DNA of 42,297 bases from an uncultured Spirochaetaceae bacterium (GCA_944392735.1 CALXXR010000008.1:1-42297); one strand, 5' to 3'; counted from the stretch's first letter, positions 18,615-28,029 are shown. Made by a program: numbers and translations. The notes: a model not told the origin generated them from the letters alone.

Positions 18615-20121
18615 ATGAAGAGGATCATTTCGGCGATCATCATCGCATCCATCCTTGTCTCATGCACGGATGGTCTTCAGGATCAGGGAGGAGCCATCGT
18701 CCCGCCTTCGGAGATCGAAAGCGATGTATTCATCCCCGTCTTCTTCGAGAAGACAGCGGATGCTTCGGGCATCGCCACTGCAGGCATCATAGACATGATT
18801 CCTGATGGATCGCCATTTGATAATACCATCGCTGCGACATCGGTCATGAGCACCCTTCCCGTGATGGTCAGCCTCGATCTTGTCGAGAACACGACGGCCA
18901 AGAACGTGTTCGATTCGGTCGAGGATGAATTCCTGGCCTATGGCTTCCCAGTCAGGTTCGACAGGGAGAACTCAAGGAAGAACAACGATGGCGTGTACAT
19001 GAAGTACTACGTCATGTCGGAGCAGGAAGGAAACGGCAATTTCCCCATCGGCTGCATCGATTACTACTACAGCGATAAGGCGAGCGCTTCTCGTACCGCG
19101 AGATCATCATGCTGAACATCGATTTCTCAGGTACGGGCAATGATGGAGGTAAGCTCGTCTCTAACATCCTCGTCATCCAGTATGATGACATCCCCGTTGA
19201 GTGGGTGGATGGCCGTGCCGTCTTCGAGTGCGGGCAGATCGGTGCCGATGGAACGGCGGAGAAGAACGGCACCGTGGACCTCATCGGCTTCAATTCCCAT
19301 GGCAGTGGCTTCAGCATCAACAGGGACTACACGATCATCAGATCCGATGGAAAGACATTCTATCAGATCTATGCTCCATACTATTCGGTGGCTCTGAGGG
19401 CTGATGGAACATTCCCTCCATCAATTGCTTCAATCCTTGAGAAGTACACGGATTCAGATGATTATACCTTTACGAAGGAGGAAGCACTGGATACTGGCAT
19501 GGACATGGTCAACGAGATCCTCCCTGTCGTCTACAAGAACAAGAACGTCAAGGATGCATACCACTCCTATTCCAGCTATCGAAATGACATGCTCACGGAG
19601 TTCAGCAAGGACTTCGAGCCGAAGCGTACGGATGACCAATCCCTTGTAGATCCGAGTATCAGCGTTGGCGACTGCGCCTCCACGATCTTCGACTATGAAA
19701 CCGGAGAGGTAGCAGCATTGGGCCTTGTCCAGCTGATGTCGAGCGTGAACTACTCCTCGATCGGAGAAAAGGAGCATTATGATCAGACGAACTTCGAGAG
19801 CTTCTTCCCCTGTATCACATATGAGGAATATGTCACGCCCAATGATAATGGCTCCGATGATGCGGACATGCTCATAAAGGCCCTCATCGAGGCTCAGCTC
19901 AGAGTCTGCGGAATCTACAACGAGAACTTCATCGTCTCCGAGGCATATTCATGCAACACGATGGATGGTTATGTCGATTTCCAGTGGACATCCATACCGT
20001 CGACTGCAGCGATCCCGCGGCGTTCGAGGCCAAGCTCAAGGAGCGGTATATGGATATCTATGGATTATCATCAATTGATGATGTTGAGCCACGATACAAT
20101 CCATATCCCAAGGAAAGCTGA
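18615..20121 (+). pseudogene. large lipoprotein gene apparently interrupted by two -1 frame changes (or two sequencing indels)
   Basis: The signal peptide and lipobox are MKRIISAIIIASILVSC. Frame 0 stops at 19115 after a junk-like tail, while frame 2 is open from 19079 (GERFSYREIIMLNIDFSG...). Near 19980 the protein-like reading with high third-position G/C (PVDIHTVDCSDPAAFEAKLKERYMDIYGL...KES*) moves to frame 1 and stops at 20119-20121. Confidence 0.5.
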
Positions 20122-20197
20122 GCCGCTTCTGCAATCATCGCATGCCCCGCTTCGGCGTGGTTTGCTGTTCCTTGGCTCGGTGCTGTATCATCAGGCT

Positions 20198-20782
20198 ATG
20201 GATGCGGATACCATTGCATACTACGACAGCAATGCAGAGCGCTATGCTGCAGCGACATTCGAAGCTGTTCCCGATAAGGCGAGGGAGGTGTTCCTCGGCT
20301 ATCTTGGAAAAGGGTCTGCCATCCTGGATCTGGGGTGCGGTTCAGGCCGAGACAGCATGGAATTCCTATCCAGGGGCCATCGCGTAACAGTTGTGGACGG
20401 CTCTTCGGAGATGTGCCGCATCGCTTCGGAGAATACCGGACTCGATGTGCGCTGCATGCTCTTTTCGGAGCTCGATTTCGTCGATGCCTTCGATGGCGTT
20501 TGGGCATGCGCGTCGCTCTTGCATGCCAAGCGGAATGACCTCAGGCACATCATGGAGCTTGTCCATGGAGCATTGAGGAAGGATGGCATATTCTACTTCT
20601 CGTTCAAGGAAGGCTCTGGGGAGGGCGAGGTGGATGGCCGCTTCTTCACGTATCTTTCCCTCTCCGATGCACTGGCGCTGATCGATGGCCTCTTTTCGCC
20701 GGAAATGCTCTGGATAAGTCCGGATGCGAATCCTGCACGCCATGATACGAGCTGGCTGAATGCCATCGTGAGGAAAGCCTGA
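20198..20782 (+). CDS. class I SAM-dependent methyltransferase
   Basis: Internal ATG 20198 of ORF 19109..20782 (MDADTIAYYDSNAERYA). Motif I is ILDLGCGSGRDS, and GVWACASLLH follows. About 194 aa, a typical stand-alone size. Confidence 0.8.
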   Translation: MDADTIAYYDSNAERYAAATFEAVPDKAREVFLGYLGKGSAILDLGCGSGRDSMEFLSRGHRVTVVDGSSEMCRIASENTGLDVRCMLFSELDFVDAFDGVWACASLLHAKRNDLRHIMELVHGALRKDGIFYFSFKEGSGEGEVDGRFFTYLSLSDALALIDGLFSPEMLWISPDANPARHDTSWLNAIVRKA

Positions 20783-20840
20783 GCCCACTTGGTGGTTGCC
20801 ATACGGCATCTTTGAAGCTAACCTTTTGATGAGGACGCAT

Positions 20841-21767
20841 ATGGAGGAAAGATACCTTACGGCCGATGATGGACACAGGATATTCCTGCGTGTCTGGGAG
20901 GCCGATGACCCGATAGCCACTGTTCACATCAACCACGGAATGGCTGAGCACAGCCTCCGGTACAATGCATTCGCCGAGCATCTCAATGCCCTCGGCTTCT
21001 CGGTCTATGCCCAGGACCACAGGGGGCATGGATTCACGAAGGAGGAGGATGAGAAGGGCTGGTTCGCCGAAGAGGACGGCTGGAAGACCATATGCAATGA
21101 CGCATGGACGGTCGACAAGGCGATCACGATCGATCATCCATCGATTCCCCATATCCTCTTCGGCCACTCCATGGGCTCATTCGTCGCGAGGACATGCCTC
21201 GGCTACCATTCGGAAGCCTATGCGGCGGTCGTCATCTGCGGCACCGGAGCCTCCCAGGGGCTGGTGGGAAGGCTTGGCAGGAAGCTTGCCTCCATAAGGG
21301 CGAAGCGCTATGGCTCGAGGATGCCCGACAGCGTGATGCAGAACCTCGCATTCGGAAGCTATGTGAAGCATTTCCCCGGTGAGGGCGAGACCGCATGGCT
21401 CTCCAAGGACAAGGATGAGGTGAGGAAGTATGATGAGGATCCCCTCTGCGGCTTCCTGTGCTCATCGCAGTTCTATGCCGACCTCATAGAGGGGTCGTTC
21501 ACAGCCAACTCCAGGAAGCTTGCCTCGCGGATCCGCAAGGACATCCCGATGCTGATCGTATCCGGGGACCAGGATCCCGTCGGAGGTTATGGTCGCGGCG
21601 TGGAGAAGGTCTACAGGATGTACAGGAAGGCGGGGCTGGAGAATGTGAGCATGCAGCTCTTCAGCAACGACAGGCACGAGCTGCTCAACGAGACCGACAG
21701 GGATGATGTCATGCGGACGATCTCCGCATTCATGCAATCGGTGGTGAAGGAAGGCAATGCAGGATAA
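20841..21767 (+). CDS. alpha/beta hydrolase (lysophospholipase/monoacylglycerol lipase-like)
   Basis: Start trimmed to ATG 20841 (MEERYL); 20829 and 20796 are also possible. Motifs HGMAEHSLRY and the nucleophile elbow GHSMGS are present, with a C-terminal ...DRHELLNE. Confidence 0.85.
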   Translation: MEERYLTADDGHRIFLRVWEADDPIATVHINHGMAEHSLRYNAFAEHLNALGFSVYAQDHRGHGFTKEEDEKGWFAEEDGWKTICNDAWTVDKAITIDHPSIPHILFGHSMGSFVARTCLGYHSEAYAAVVICGTGASQGLVGRLGRKLASIRAKRYGSRMPDSVMQNLAFGSYVKHFPGEGETAWLSKDKDEVRKYDEDPLCGFLCSSQFYADLIEGSFTANSRKLASRIRKDIPMLIVSGDQDPVGGYGRGVEKVYRMYRKAGLENVSMQLFSNDRHELLNETDRDDVMRTISAFMQSVVKEGNAG

Positions 21768-23004
21768 CCAGAACGAGAAGGCCGCCGCATTCGTGCGGTG
21801 GTGGTATGACTACGGCAAGGCGATGAGCCTCGCATTCAGGGGCATGGGCCGCGACAGCATCTCCATGATGGCCTCCGGAATGGTGTATTCCACGCTCATC
21901 GCGATCATCCCATGCCTTACGTTCCTCATCGCATTCCTATCCGCATTCGGCGTGCTGCAGCCCTTCATGGACCTCGTGAGGGAGATCCTCATCGACACCT
22001 TCGGGGAGAGCGGAGGCAACGAGCTTGTTGCGTACATTGAGCTCTTCTCCTCCAACGCGATGAGCTTGGGAGTCATCGGACTCATATCGTTCATATGGAC
22101 GGGCATACTGCTCGTGAACAAGATATACAACGTCATAAACCACATCTTCCGCACGCATCCGACGACGGGTGCCGTGAGGCGCTTCACGTCGTTCCTTACG
22201 CTCCTGATACTCGGTGCGTTCATGGTGATGGCCGTATTCGCTGTCCAGAGCATGGTCGGGGACACCATGCGCACCATGCTCGTCGGCTACGAAGCCACCA
22301 GCGGCTATCTGTACATGGTCCTGATCTTCTCCGTCGGATGGGTGCTCCTGTTCCTCCTCTTCTATGCCGTTCCCAATGCGAGGATAAGGTTCTCATCCGC
22401 TGCGGTGGGAGCGACGACGGGAATCGTCTCGCTGATCATCGCGACGACGATCTTCAAGACCATCGCTTCGATGATGGTCAGCTATTCGGTCATATACGGA
22501 TCGCTGGCCTCGATATTCGTCGCGCTGCTCTACCTCTACATCGTCTGGTTCGCCATCTTCTTCTCCGCAGAGCTTGCCTTCGTGCATCAGTTCAGGCCGG
22601 ACAAGACCTTCATCATGGGCAGCTCGGAGACGCCGTTCAGGCAGATTTCCGAGGCTATGAATGCGCTTCTTCTCATCGCGGACAGGTACCAGCGGGGCGA
22701 AGGGGCCATGAGCCAGAAGGAGCTGGTGCGTAGGCTTGCCGTTCCGGCTGCGAGGCTGACGAAGTACATCTCAGACCTCGAGGATGCTGGGCTCGTGATG
22801 GCGGTGAACGCCCAGCGCACGCTCTTCGTGCCGGCCCGTCCGCTTGAGCAGATGAAGGTGGATCAGATCATCACGGCGCTCTATGGAACCGCCGATGATG
22901 TTTCGATAGAGACCATTGGAGAGGCCGTCGCTGCCGAGTTCCTGCGCAAGGGAGTTTCCGATACCGGCAGCATCTCGGTCGAGAATCTTCTGGAGAGAGT
23001 ATGA
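21757..23004 (+). CDS. YihY/BrkB-family membrane protein with a C-terminal winged-helix-like domain
   Basis: A six-TM-like core (GMVYSTLIAIIPCLTFLIAFLSAFG...) is followed by a ~130-aa soluble tail with MSQKELVRRLAVPAARLTKYISDLEDAGLV. It overlaps the hydrolase gene by 11 nt. Confidence 0.83.
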   Translation: MQDNQNEKAAAFVRWWYDYGKAMSLAFRGMGRDSISMMASGMVYSTLIAIIPCLTFLIAFLSAFGVLQPFMDLVREILIDTFGESGGNELVAYIELFSSNAMSLGVIGLISFIWTGILLVNKIYNVINHIFRTHPTTGAVRRFTSFLTLLILGAFMVMAVFAVQSMVGDTMRTMLVGYEATSGYLYMVLIFSVGWVLLFLLFYAVPNARIRFSSAAVGATTGIVSLIIATTIFKTIASMMVSYSVIYGSLASIFVALLYLYIVWFAIFFSAELAFVHQFRPDKTFIMGSSETPFRQISEAMNALLLIADRYQRGEGAMSQKELVRRLAVPAARLTKYISDLEDAGLVMAVNAQRTLFVPARPLEQMKVDQIITALYGTADDVSIETIGEAVAAEFLRKGVSDTGSISVENLLERV

Positions 23005-23462
23005 TCATAGACAGAAACGCTGCAGATTCGATAGAGATGGATTTCCCCACGCTGCCGCTTGCTGATTCGGCAGTCGCAAGGACCTATAGGGCTGGGGATC
23101 TCGAGATCAGATACCACAGGAATCCGGTGCTTTCCGGCAGCAGTGCGATGATAGCCGCTCCATACGCGATGACGGTGCATCATGATGGGCGCTATCTCTT
23201 CGCCGTCTCGATCGAGCGCGATGACCTGAGGGCGATGGCTCCGATGATCGGCATCCCATTGAGGGAGCTGCAGGAGGAGTATGGCGTGAAGGGCTTCTAT
23301 GGCGAGCCGAAGGTCTCTCTGTACGGCAATGGCGAGAAGGAGAGCCTAGGGGCGTATCAGGGGCTGAACGATGAGAAGGAGATCGTGGATTTCCTACTTT
23401 CCGTCGTCCTCGATACATTCGATGAGCTTGCGGAGCCTGCAGAGGTTCAGAAGGCCAGGTAG
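23001..23462 (+). CDS. hypothetical protein, 153 aa, no recognisable motif
   Basis: An ATGA overlap links it to yihY. The composition is acidic and protein-like, and no signal peptide is evident. Confidence 0.55.
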   Translation: MIIDRNAADSIEMDFPTLPLADSAVARTYRAGDLEIRYHRNPVLSGSSAMIAAPYAMTVHHDGRYLFAVSIERDDLRAMAPMIGIPLRELQEEYGVKGFYGEPKVSLYGNGEKESLGAYQGLNDEKEIVDFLLSVVLDTFDELAEPAEVQKAR

Positions 23463-24133
23463 AGCATATAGAGCCCTATGGCGAGCACGGCCAGGCCCAG
23501 GATTGCATTCAGCACCCTGCCTGCTGTCCTGAATGAGCTCTTGGATGAAAGCTTCCTGATCAGAGCCGGGGATGATCCCAGCGCTACTGCAAGCGCCGTG
23601 CATCCGATCGAGTAGAGCAGCATCAGGAATCCTCCCTTCAGCGCCTCTCCTTCGGTCGCCGCTATCGAAAGCAGCGCGACGAGCACGGGCGTTGAGCACG
23701 GGGAGGAGAATATGCCTCCGAGTATGCCTGCAGCCAGCGCTCCGATGTATCCGCGCCTGCGGTTCATCGCGGCAAGGTACGTCGATGGGATGAGGCTTAT
23801 GACCTCCCATATCTGCAGCGCCATCAGCACCATCAGCACTCCAAGGAAGAGGTACCACCATCTCCCGGCATTGCCGATGAGCGTTCCCAGAAGCGCCGCG
23901 GCGACGCCGAAGGCGGTGAATGTGACGGCTGTGCCGAGGGCATAGACAAGCGACAGCCTGAATGCCTTCCCCGGGGATACCTCCCTTCCGACATAGCCGA
24001 GCACCAGAGGCACCTGCGACAGCGCACATGGCGTGATGGATGTGATCAGTCCTGCAGCAAGGGCGATGATGGGCGAGAGCCAGCCGCTCGATCCCACTAC
24101 CTCGGAAAGCGAGGAAATGAGGCTATCCAGCAT
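23447..24133 (-). CDS. ccdA: cytochrome c biogenesis/thiol-disulfide transporter CcdA (DsbD transmembrane domain family)
   Basis: A polytopic membrane protein with both conserved Cys contexts, ITPCALSQVP and FSSPCSTPVL. Confidence 0.87.
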   Translation of the reverse strand: MLDSLISSLSEVVGSSGWLSPIIALAAGLITSITPCALSQVPLVLGYVGREVSPGKAFRLSLVYALGTAVTFTAFGVAAALLGTLIGNAGRWWYLFLGVLMVLMALQIWEVISLIPSTYLAAMNRRRGYIGALAAGILGGIFSSPCSTPVLVALLSIAATEGEALKGGFLMLLYSIGCTALAVALGSSPALIRKLSSKSSFRTAGRVLNAILGLAVLAIGLYMLYLAF

Positions 24134-24662
24134 TCCTTAGATCCTCTATCATCGCTTCGAGCTGGGATCTGTCGAGGTAGCCCTCATGTATCGTGAGTGC
24201 GTGCTCCCCTGTGTCGCGATAGGTGTAGATGATGTAGTCTATCGAGCTGTCTGCAGGAGGCGTGAATGGCTTTCCCTCCGTCTCGAAGACCGCGATCGTG
24301 GGCGTCACCCTGATCGGGAAGTGCTGGAATGCCTCCTCATTCTCCCCAAGGTCCAGGTAGCGCACCTCTACATCATCGGTGCTCCTGTGGAGCTCCGTCA
24401 GATCCGGCATCATCCTCAGGCATGGCTGGCACCAGCTTTCCCCCATCACGATGATCAAAGGCTTCCCATTCTCCCTTATCATCGAGGGATCGAAATGCTC
24501 GATCTCCAGAGGCTCCCTGCCATCCTGCAGCGAATGCGCCGCGGCATCGATCGAGCCCTGCAGCGTTCCCAGATCGCCGCTTCCAGTCCTTTTTGCGGCG
24601 AAGACAGCTATGACGAGGATCGCCACGATGGCCACGATGACGATCTTGGTGCTTCTCTTCAC
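24123..24662 (-). CDS. membrane-anchored thioredoxin-like (TlpA/ResA-like) protein
   Basis: GTG start at 24662 with AAGGAG upstream, an N-terminal anchor KIVIVAIVAILVIAVFAA, and the active site WCQPC. It overlaps ccdA by 11 nt. Confidence 0.85.
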   Translation of the reverse strand: MKRSTKIVIVAIVAILVIAVFAAKRTGSGDLGTLQGSIDAAAHSLQDGREPLEIEHFDPSMIRENGKPLIIVMGESWCQPCLRMMPDLTELHRSTDDVEVRYLDLGENEEAFQHFPIRVTPTIAVFETEGKPFTPPADSSIDYIIYTYRDTGEHALTIHEGYLDRSQLEAMIEDLRNAG

Positions 24663-24723
24663 TTCCGGTCTCCTTGCTCCATGATTCTAGCATCAATCGG
24701 AGAGCGTGGCATCAGAAAAGCAA

Positions 24724-24740
24724 AATAATGAGTCATTATT
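24724..24740. promoter_or_regulatory. perfect 8-1-8 palindrome AATAATGA-G-TCATTATT, a Fur-family-box-like candidate operator
   Basis: It lies 62-78 nt upstream of the thioredoxin-like gene start. On the minus strand it abuts a TATAAT hexamer. A second -10 (TGcTAGAAT) lies closer to the gene. Confidence 0.35.
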
Positions 24741-24760
24741 ATATCCAATTCATTGCATGT

Positions 24761-24797
24761 GAAAAGAATGGGCTGCGAGCAACGCCCGAGCCCATTC
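24761..24797 (-). terminator. Rho-independent terminator after the Fe-ADH gene
   Basis: On the minus strand GAATGGGCT pairs with AGCCCATTC (9 bp, 14-nt loop), followed by TTTTC. It begins 19 nt after the ADH stop. Confidence 0.65.
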
Positions 24798-24815
24798 CTT
24801 AGTAAGGGGTCATTA

Positions 24816-26042
24816 TCAAGCCGTAGTGGCTATCCTTCCGTTCTTCTTCTCCTCCATGACGGCACGGTAGAAGACCGAAAGCTCATCCGCATCCATGAGC
24901 ATCGGAACGGGATAGAGCGGATTGGCCTCCTTGTCGGCATACGCCGCCAGCTCCGGTATGTCCTCCTCGCGGATACCCTGAAGCTTCTCGGGTATCCTCA
25001 TCTCCCTCTCCATGCTGCGGATGGCTTTGATGAATGCCGCAGCCTTGGCCTTGTCGTCCGCTCCTTCGAGGCCGACGGCATCGGCGAGCTTCGCGAGCTT
25101 CTTCTCTGCTCTTTCGCCATAGTGCTCGAGCACGTATGGAAGGAGCACGGCATTCGCAAGGCCGTGGGGGATGTCATAGCGTCCGCCGAGCGAGTGCGCG
25201 ACTGCATGGACGTAGCCTACATAGGAGACGGTGAATGCAGCTCCTGCAAGGTATGCGGCGCGGAGCATGTCGCGCCTAGCGTCCATATCGTTGCCGTCCC
25301 TGTATGCAGCTGGAAGCGATGCGAATATGAGCTTCACTGCCTCCAGCGCCTCGGCCCTGGTCTCCTTCGTCGTCGATCCGCCTATGTATGCCTCCACCGC
25401 ATGCGTGAGGGCATCGAGGCCTGTCGAGGCCGTCAGCGATGGCGGAAGCGTCCTCGTCGCCTCTGGATCGAGCACCGCATAGCGAGGGATGAGCGGAAAT
25501 GAGTTTATGGGATACTTGTGGCGCGTCTCGCTGTCCACGATGACGGATGCCAGCGTCGTCTCGCTACCGGTTCCAGCTGTCGTGGGGACTGCGATCAGGA
25601 GGGGGATCCTCCTTCTGACCTTGAGTATGCCCTCCATCTTCGAGAGCGGCTTGCCAGGGTATGCGATCCTCGCGCCCACGGCCTTGGCCGCATCTATCGA
25701 GGAACCGCCGCCGAAGCCGATGATGGCCTCTGATCCGGAGGAGATGAACAGGCGCCTGGCTTCCTCGACATTGTCGGTCGTTGGATTGGCGACGGTGCCG
25801 TCGTAGACGGCGATCCTGATTCCGCTGGAGGCTATCATATCCTCCAGATGCCTCGTGAGCCCGCGCTCCCTTATTCCCCTGTCGGTGACGAGCAGGACAC
25901 CCCTGATGCCCTTGGATGCAAGAAGCGCAGGCAGCGCCTCCATGCCATCGAGTATCTCAGGCTTTCTGTAGGGGAGGAGTGGGATCGCGATCCTGAATGC
26001 CTTCTGGAATATGCGTGAATAGATTCGCTTCGTCAGTCTCAT
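24816..26042 (-). CDS. iron-containing alcohol dehydrogenase
   Basis: ORF track gives 24816..26126. I trimmed the start to ATG 26042 (MRLTKRIYSR, with GGAAGG upstream). Motifs GFGGGSSIDAAKA and the metal-binding His contexts HAVEAY and HAVAHSLGG are present. Confidence 0.9.
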   Translation of the reverse strand: MRLTKRIYSRIFQKAFRIAIPLLPYRKPEILDGMEALPALLASKGIRGVLLVTDRGIRERGLTRHLEDMIASSGIRIAVYDGTVANPTTDNVEEARRLFISSGSEAIIGFGGGSSIDAAKAVGARIAYPGKPLSKMEGILKVRRRIPLLIAVPTTAGTGSETTLASVIVDSETRHKYPINSFPLIPRYAVLDPEATRTLPPSLTASTGLDALTHAVEAYIGGSTTKETRAEALEAVKLIFASLPAAYRDGNDMDARRDMLRAAYLAGAAFTVSYVGYVHAVAHSLGGRYDIPHGLANAVLLPYVLEHYGERAEKKLAKLADAVGLEGADDKAKAAAFIKAIRSMEREMRIPEKLQGIREEDIPELAAYADKEANPLYPVPMLMDADELSVFYRAVMEEKKNGRIATTA

Positions 26043-26084
26043 GCCATTGCCTTCCGGCTTTTTATTAACACTTACTCGCTTATA

Positions 26085-26098
26085 TGTCAATATTGACA
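26085..26098. promoter_or_regulatory. 14-bp perfect palindrome TGTCAATATTGACA overlapping the likely ADH promoter -35
   Basis: On the minus strand: TTGACA, a 17-nt spacer, TAATAA, then GGAAGG and ATG 26042. The palindrome itself supplies the TTGACA. Confidence 0.4.
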
Positions 26099-26173
26099 GT
26101 ATTATATCCAACTGTAAAACAATCAAACTGGGTTTGCTTAGGCATATGGTCGATAATTTTAGATTATCATTCC

Positions 26174-26581
26174 TTATTCGGAATCTTCATTTAACCGTAT
26201 ATCTATAATATCCTTGATCGTAATCGCAGTGCCGCTGTCGAGGAGCAGCTCGCCTGTGGCCATCCTCAGCCCGGCAGCCTTTCCTGAGACGGTTGTGTAC
26301 CTGCCTCCCTTCTTCCTGCTGTCGGCTACGAAGTAGGTTATCTCCGCCGATCCGCCTTTCGCCAGCAGATGATGGAGGATCCTATCCAGCTCGGTGAGCG
26401 CTTCATCGTCCAGATGCCTTCGCTCCTCCGTCTTCCTCTCGGTCTCCCGTATTGCATCCTCGTATCCCGAAAGGGCGGCGAACGGGGAGAACTGCGCTGC
26501 GCGTTCGATCCGAGGCATCCTGGGATGGATCTTCGATTCGTGGTGTGGAAGATCGATGATGTCGTCATACGCTCCCGTCAT
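26174..26581 (-). CDS. YolD-like protein (accessory partner of Y-family polymerases)
   Basis: 135 aa with an ATGA overlap with the polymerase gene. It carries DLPHHESKIHPRMPRIERAAQFSPFAALSGYEDAIRE, and its position matches the yqjW-yqjX/uvrX-yolD gene pairs. Confidence 0.65.
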   Translation of the reverse strand: MTGAYDDIIDLPHHESKIHPRMPRIERAAQFSPFAALSGYEDAIRETERKTEERRHLDDEALTELDRILHHLLAKGGSAEITYFVADSRKKGGRYTTVSGKAAGLRMATGELLLDSGTAITIKDIIDIRLNEDSE

Positions 26582-28029
26582 GCCTTGTGCCCTCCGATCT
26601 GCTCATTGCGTTCCCTTCCTGTAGCTCCATCCTCGAAGCTCGTGCCGCGGAGGATGGCGTTGCGTCCGAATCGTCTCCGTATCTCGAGCGCCGCATCCTG
26701 AAGCCGTCGCTCCCTCTCCCCGCTTTCCGCTGGATCCTCCGAGAACAGGTCGGGCTGATGATCCGAGCGCGCCTTCTCCTCATCGATCGTATCCCCCGCG
26801 GAGATCGTCAGCCTGCGGACAAGAAGGTTCTGGTCGGCGATGCGGTCGAAGACCGAGATGGCGGCATCTACGATCTCCTTCATCGAGGATGTCGGGGATA
26901 TGAGCTTAGCGGTGCCGTGCGCTCCCTTCGGTATGGTGCGCCCATAGAAGTCCGTCTTCGATTCCCCTTGGAATCCTTCGGTGATGCTGGAGGCATCATA
27001 GCCGATGGCGATCGTGATGCTCGTCGCTGCAAGATGCTTGGAGGCAAGGTCAAGCGAGAGCGCATCCGCCATCTCCTTGACGACGAGGCGTGCCTTGTCG
27101 ATTGGATACGGATTCTGGAGCACCTGGCCCGATCCGAGGCTGCTTGCGGCTGGCCTGTATGCCTTGATGTCCTCCATCGTGCATGGCTCCCATCCCCATG
27201 CGTGGTCGATCAAGAGCTCCGCATTCACTCCAAAGAGGCGGTACAGCAGCTCTTCATTGCGAACAGAGCATCTGGCGATGTCTCCCATGGTGAAGATGCG
27301 CCTCTCCTCGAGCCTTCTCGCATAGCCCCTGCCAACGCGCCAGAAGTCTGTCAGAGGACGGTGCGACCATAGCTTCCTGCGGTATTCCATTTCATCGAGC
27401 TCGGCGATGCGGACTCCATTCGCATCAGCGGGGATATGCTTCGCCATGATGTCCATGGCGACCTTCGCAAGGTACATGTTCGGCCCGATTCCGGCCGTTG
27501 CCGTGATGCCAGTCTCCTCCAGCACCGCAAGGATGAGCTTCATCGCGAAGCCCTTGGCGTTCAGCCTGTACATCTGCAGATAGTCCGTGGCATCGATGAA
27601 GACCTCGTCTATCGAGTAGACATGGATATCATCGGGGGAGATGAACCTCAGATAGATATCATAGATGGATGCGCTGCAGCGTATGTAGTCCGCCATGTGC
27701 GGCATGGCGATGATGAATCCGAGCGCAAGGGAGGGGGCTTCCCTGAGCTCCTTGTCGCTCGAGGACTCTCCCCTCAGGCGACGCCCTGGAGATCTCAGCG
27801 CACGTGATGAATTGACGCTTCTGACCTTCTCCCTCACCTCGAACAGCCGGCAGCGTCCAGGTATCCCATATGACTTGAGCGATGGGGAGACAGCGAGGCA
27901 GATGGTCTTGTCCGTACGGCTCTCATCCGCGACGACGAGGTTCGTGTCCAGCGGATCGAGGCCGCGTCGCCGGCACTCGACCGAGGCATAGAACGACTTG
28001 AGGTCGATTGCGATATATGTTCTCTCCAT
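26578..28029 (-). CDS. Y-family (translesion) DNA polymerase, UmuC/UvrX-like
   Basis: MERTYIAIDLKSFYASVECRRRGLDP...SIDEVFIDATDY...GIGPNMYLAKVAMD are IMS-family catalytic motifs. Confidence 0.9.
   Translation of the reverse strand: MERTYIAIDLKSFYASVECRRRGLDPLDTNLVVADESRTDKTICLAVSPSLKSYGIPGRCRLFEVREKVRSVNSSRALRSPGRRLRGESSSDKELREAPSLALGFIIAMPHMADYIRCSASIYDIYLRFISPDDIHVYSIDEVFIDATDYLQMYRLNAKGFAMKLILAVLEETGITATAGIGPNMYLAKVAMDIMAKHIPADANGVRIAELDEMEYRRKLWSHRPLTDFWRVGRGYARRLEERRIFTMGDIARCSVRNEELLYRLFGVNAELLIDHAWGWEPCTMEDIKAYRPAASSLGSGQVLQNPYPIDKARLVVKEMADALSLDLASKHLAATSITIAIGYDASSITEGFQGESKTDFYGRTIPKGAHGTAKLISPTSSMKEIVDAAISVFDRIADQNLLVRRLTISAGDTIDEEKARSDHQPDLFSEDPAESGERERRLQDAALEIRRRFGRNAILRGTSFEDGATGRERNEQIGGHKA

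Noticed and set aside
19070-19995. Programmed -1 ribosomal frameshifting or phase variation in the lipoprotein gene
   Set aside because: No X-XXY-YYZ slippery heptamer and no homopolymer or short tandem tract is present at either junction (..gataaggcgag.. and ..gtcgatttccagtgg..). Simple indels or pseudogenisation are more likely.
19109-20782. 557-aa ORF as a genuine lipoprotein-methyltransferase fusion protein
   Set aside because: The ~70 residues joining the two parts (IPRRSRPSSRSGIWIS...LRRGLLFLGSVLYHQA) look like out-of-frame translation. Another frame there is protein-like and terminates at 20121. The methyltransferase also has its own ATG at 20198 and a normal stand-alone size.
26084-26099. 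LexA (SOS) box: ATGT-N8-ACAG within the TGTCAATATTGACA palindrome
   Set aside because: It has one mismatch to CTGT-N8-ACAG. It also lies downstream of the yolD-like gene, at the promoter of the alcohol dehydrogenase gene, and not upstream of the polymerase operon. I kept it only as a generic operator/promoter candidate.
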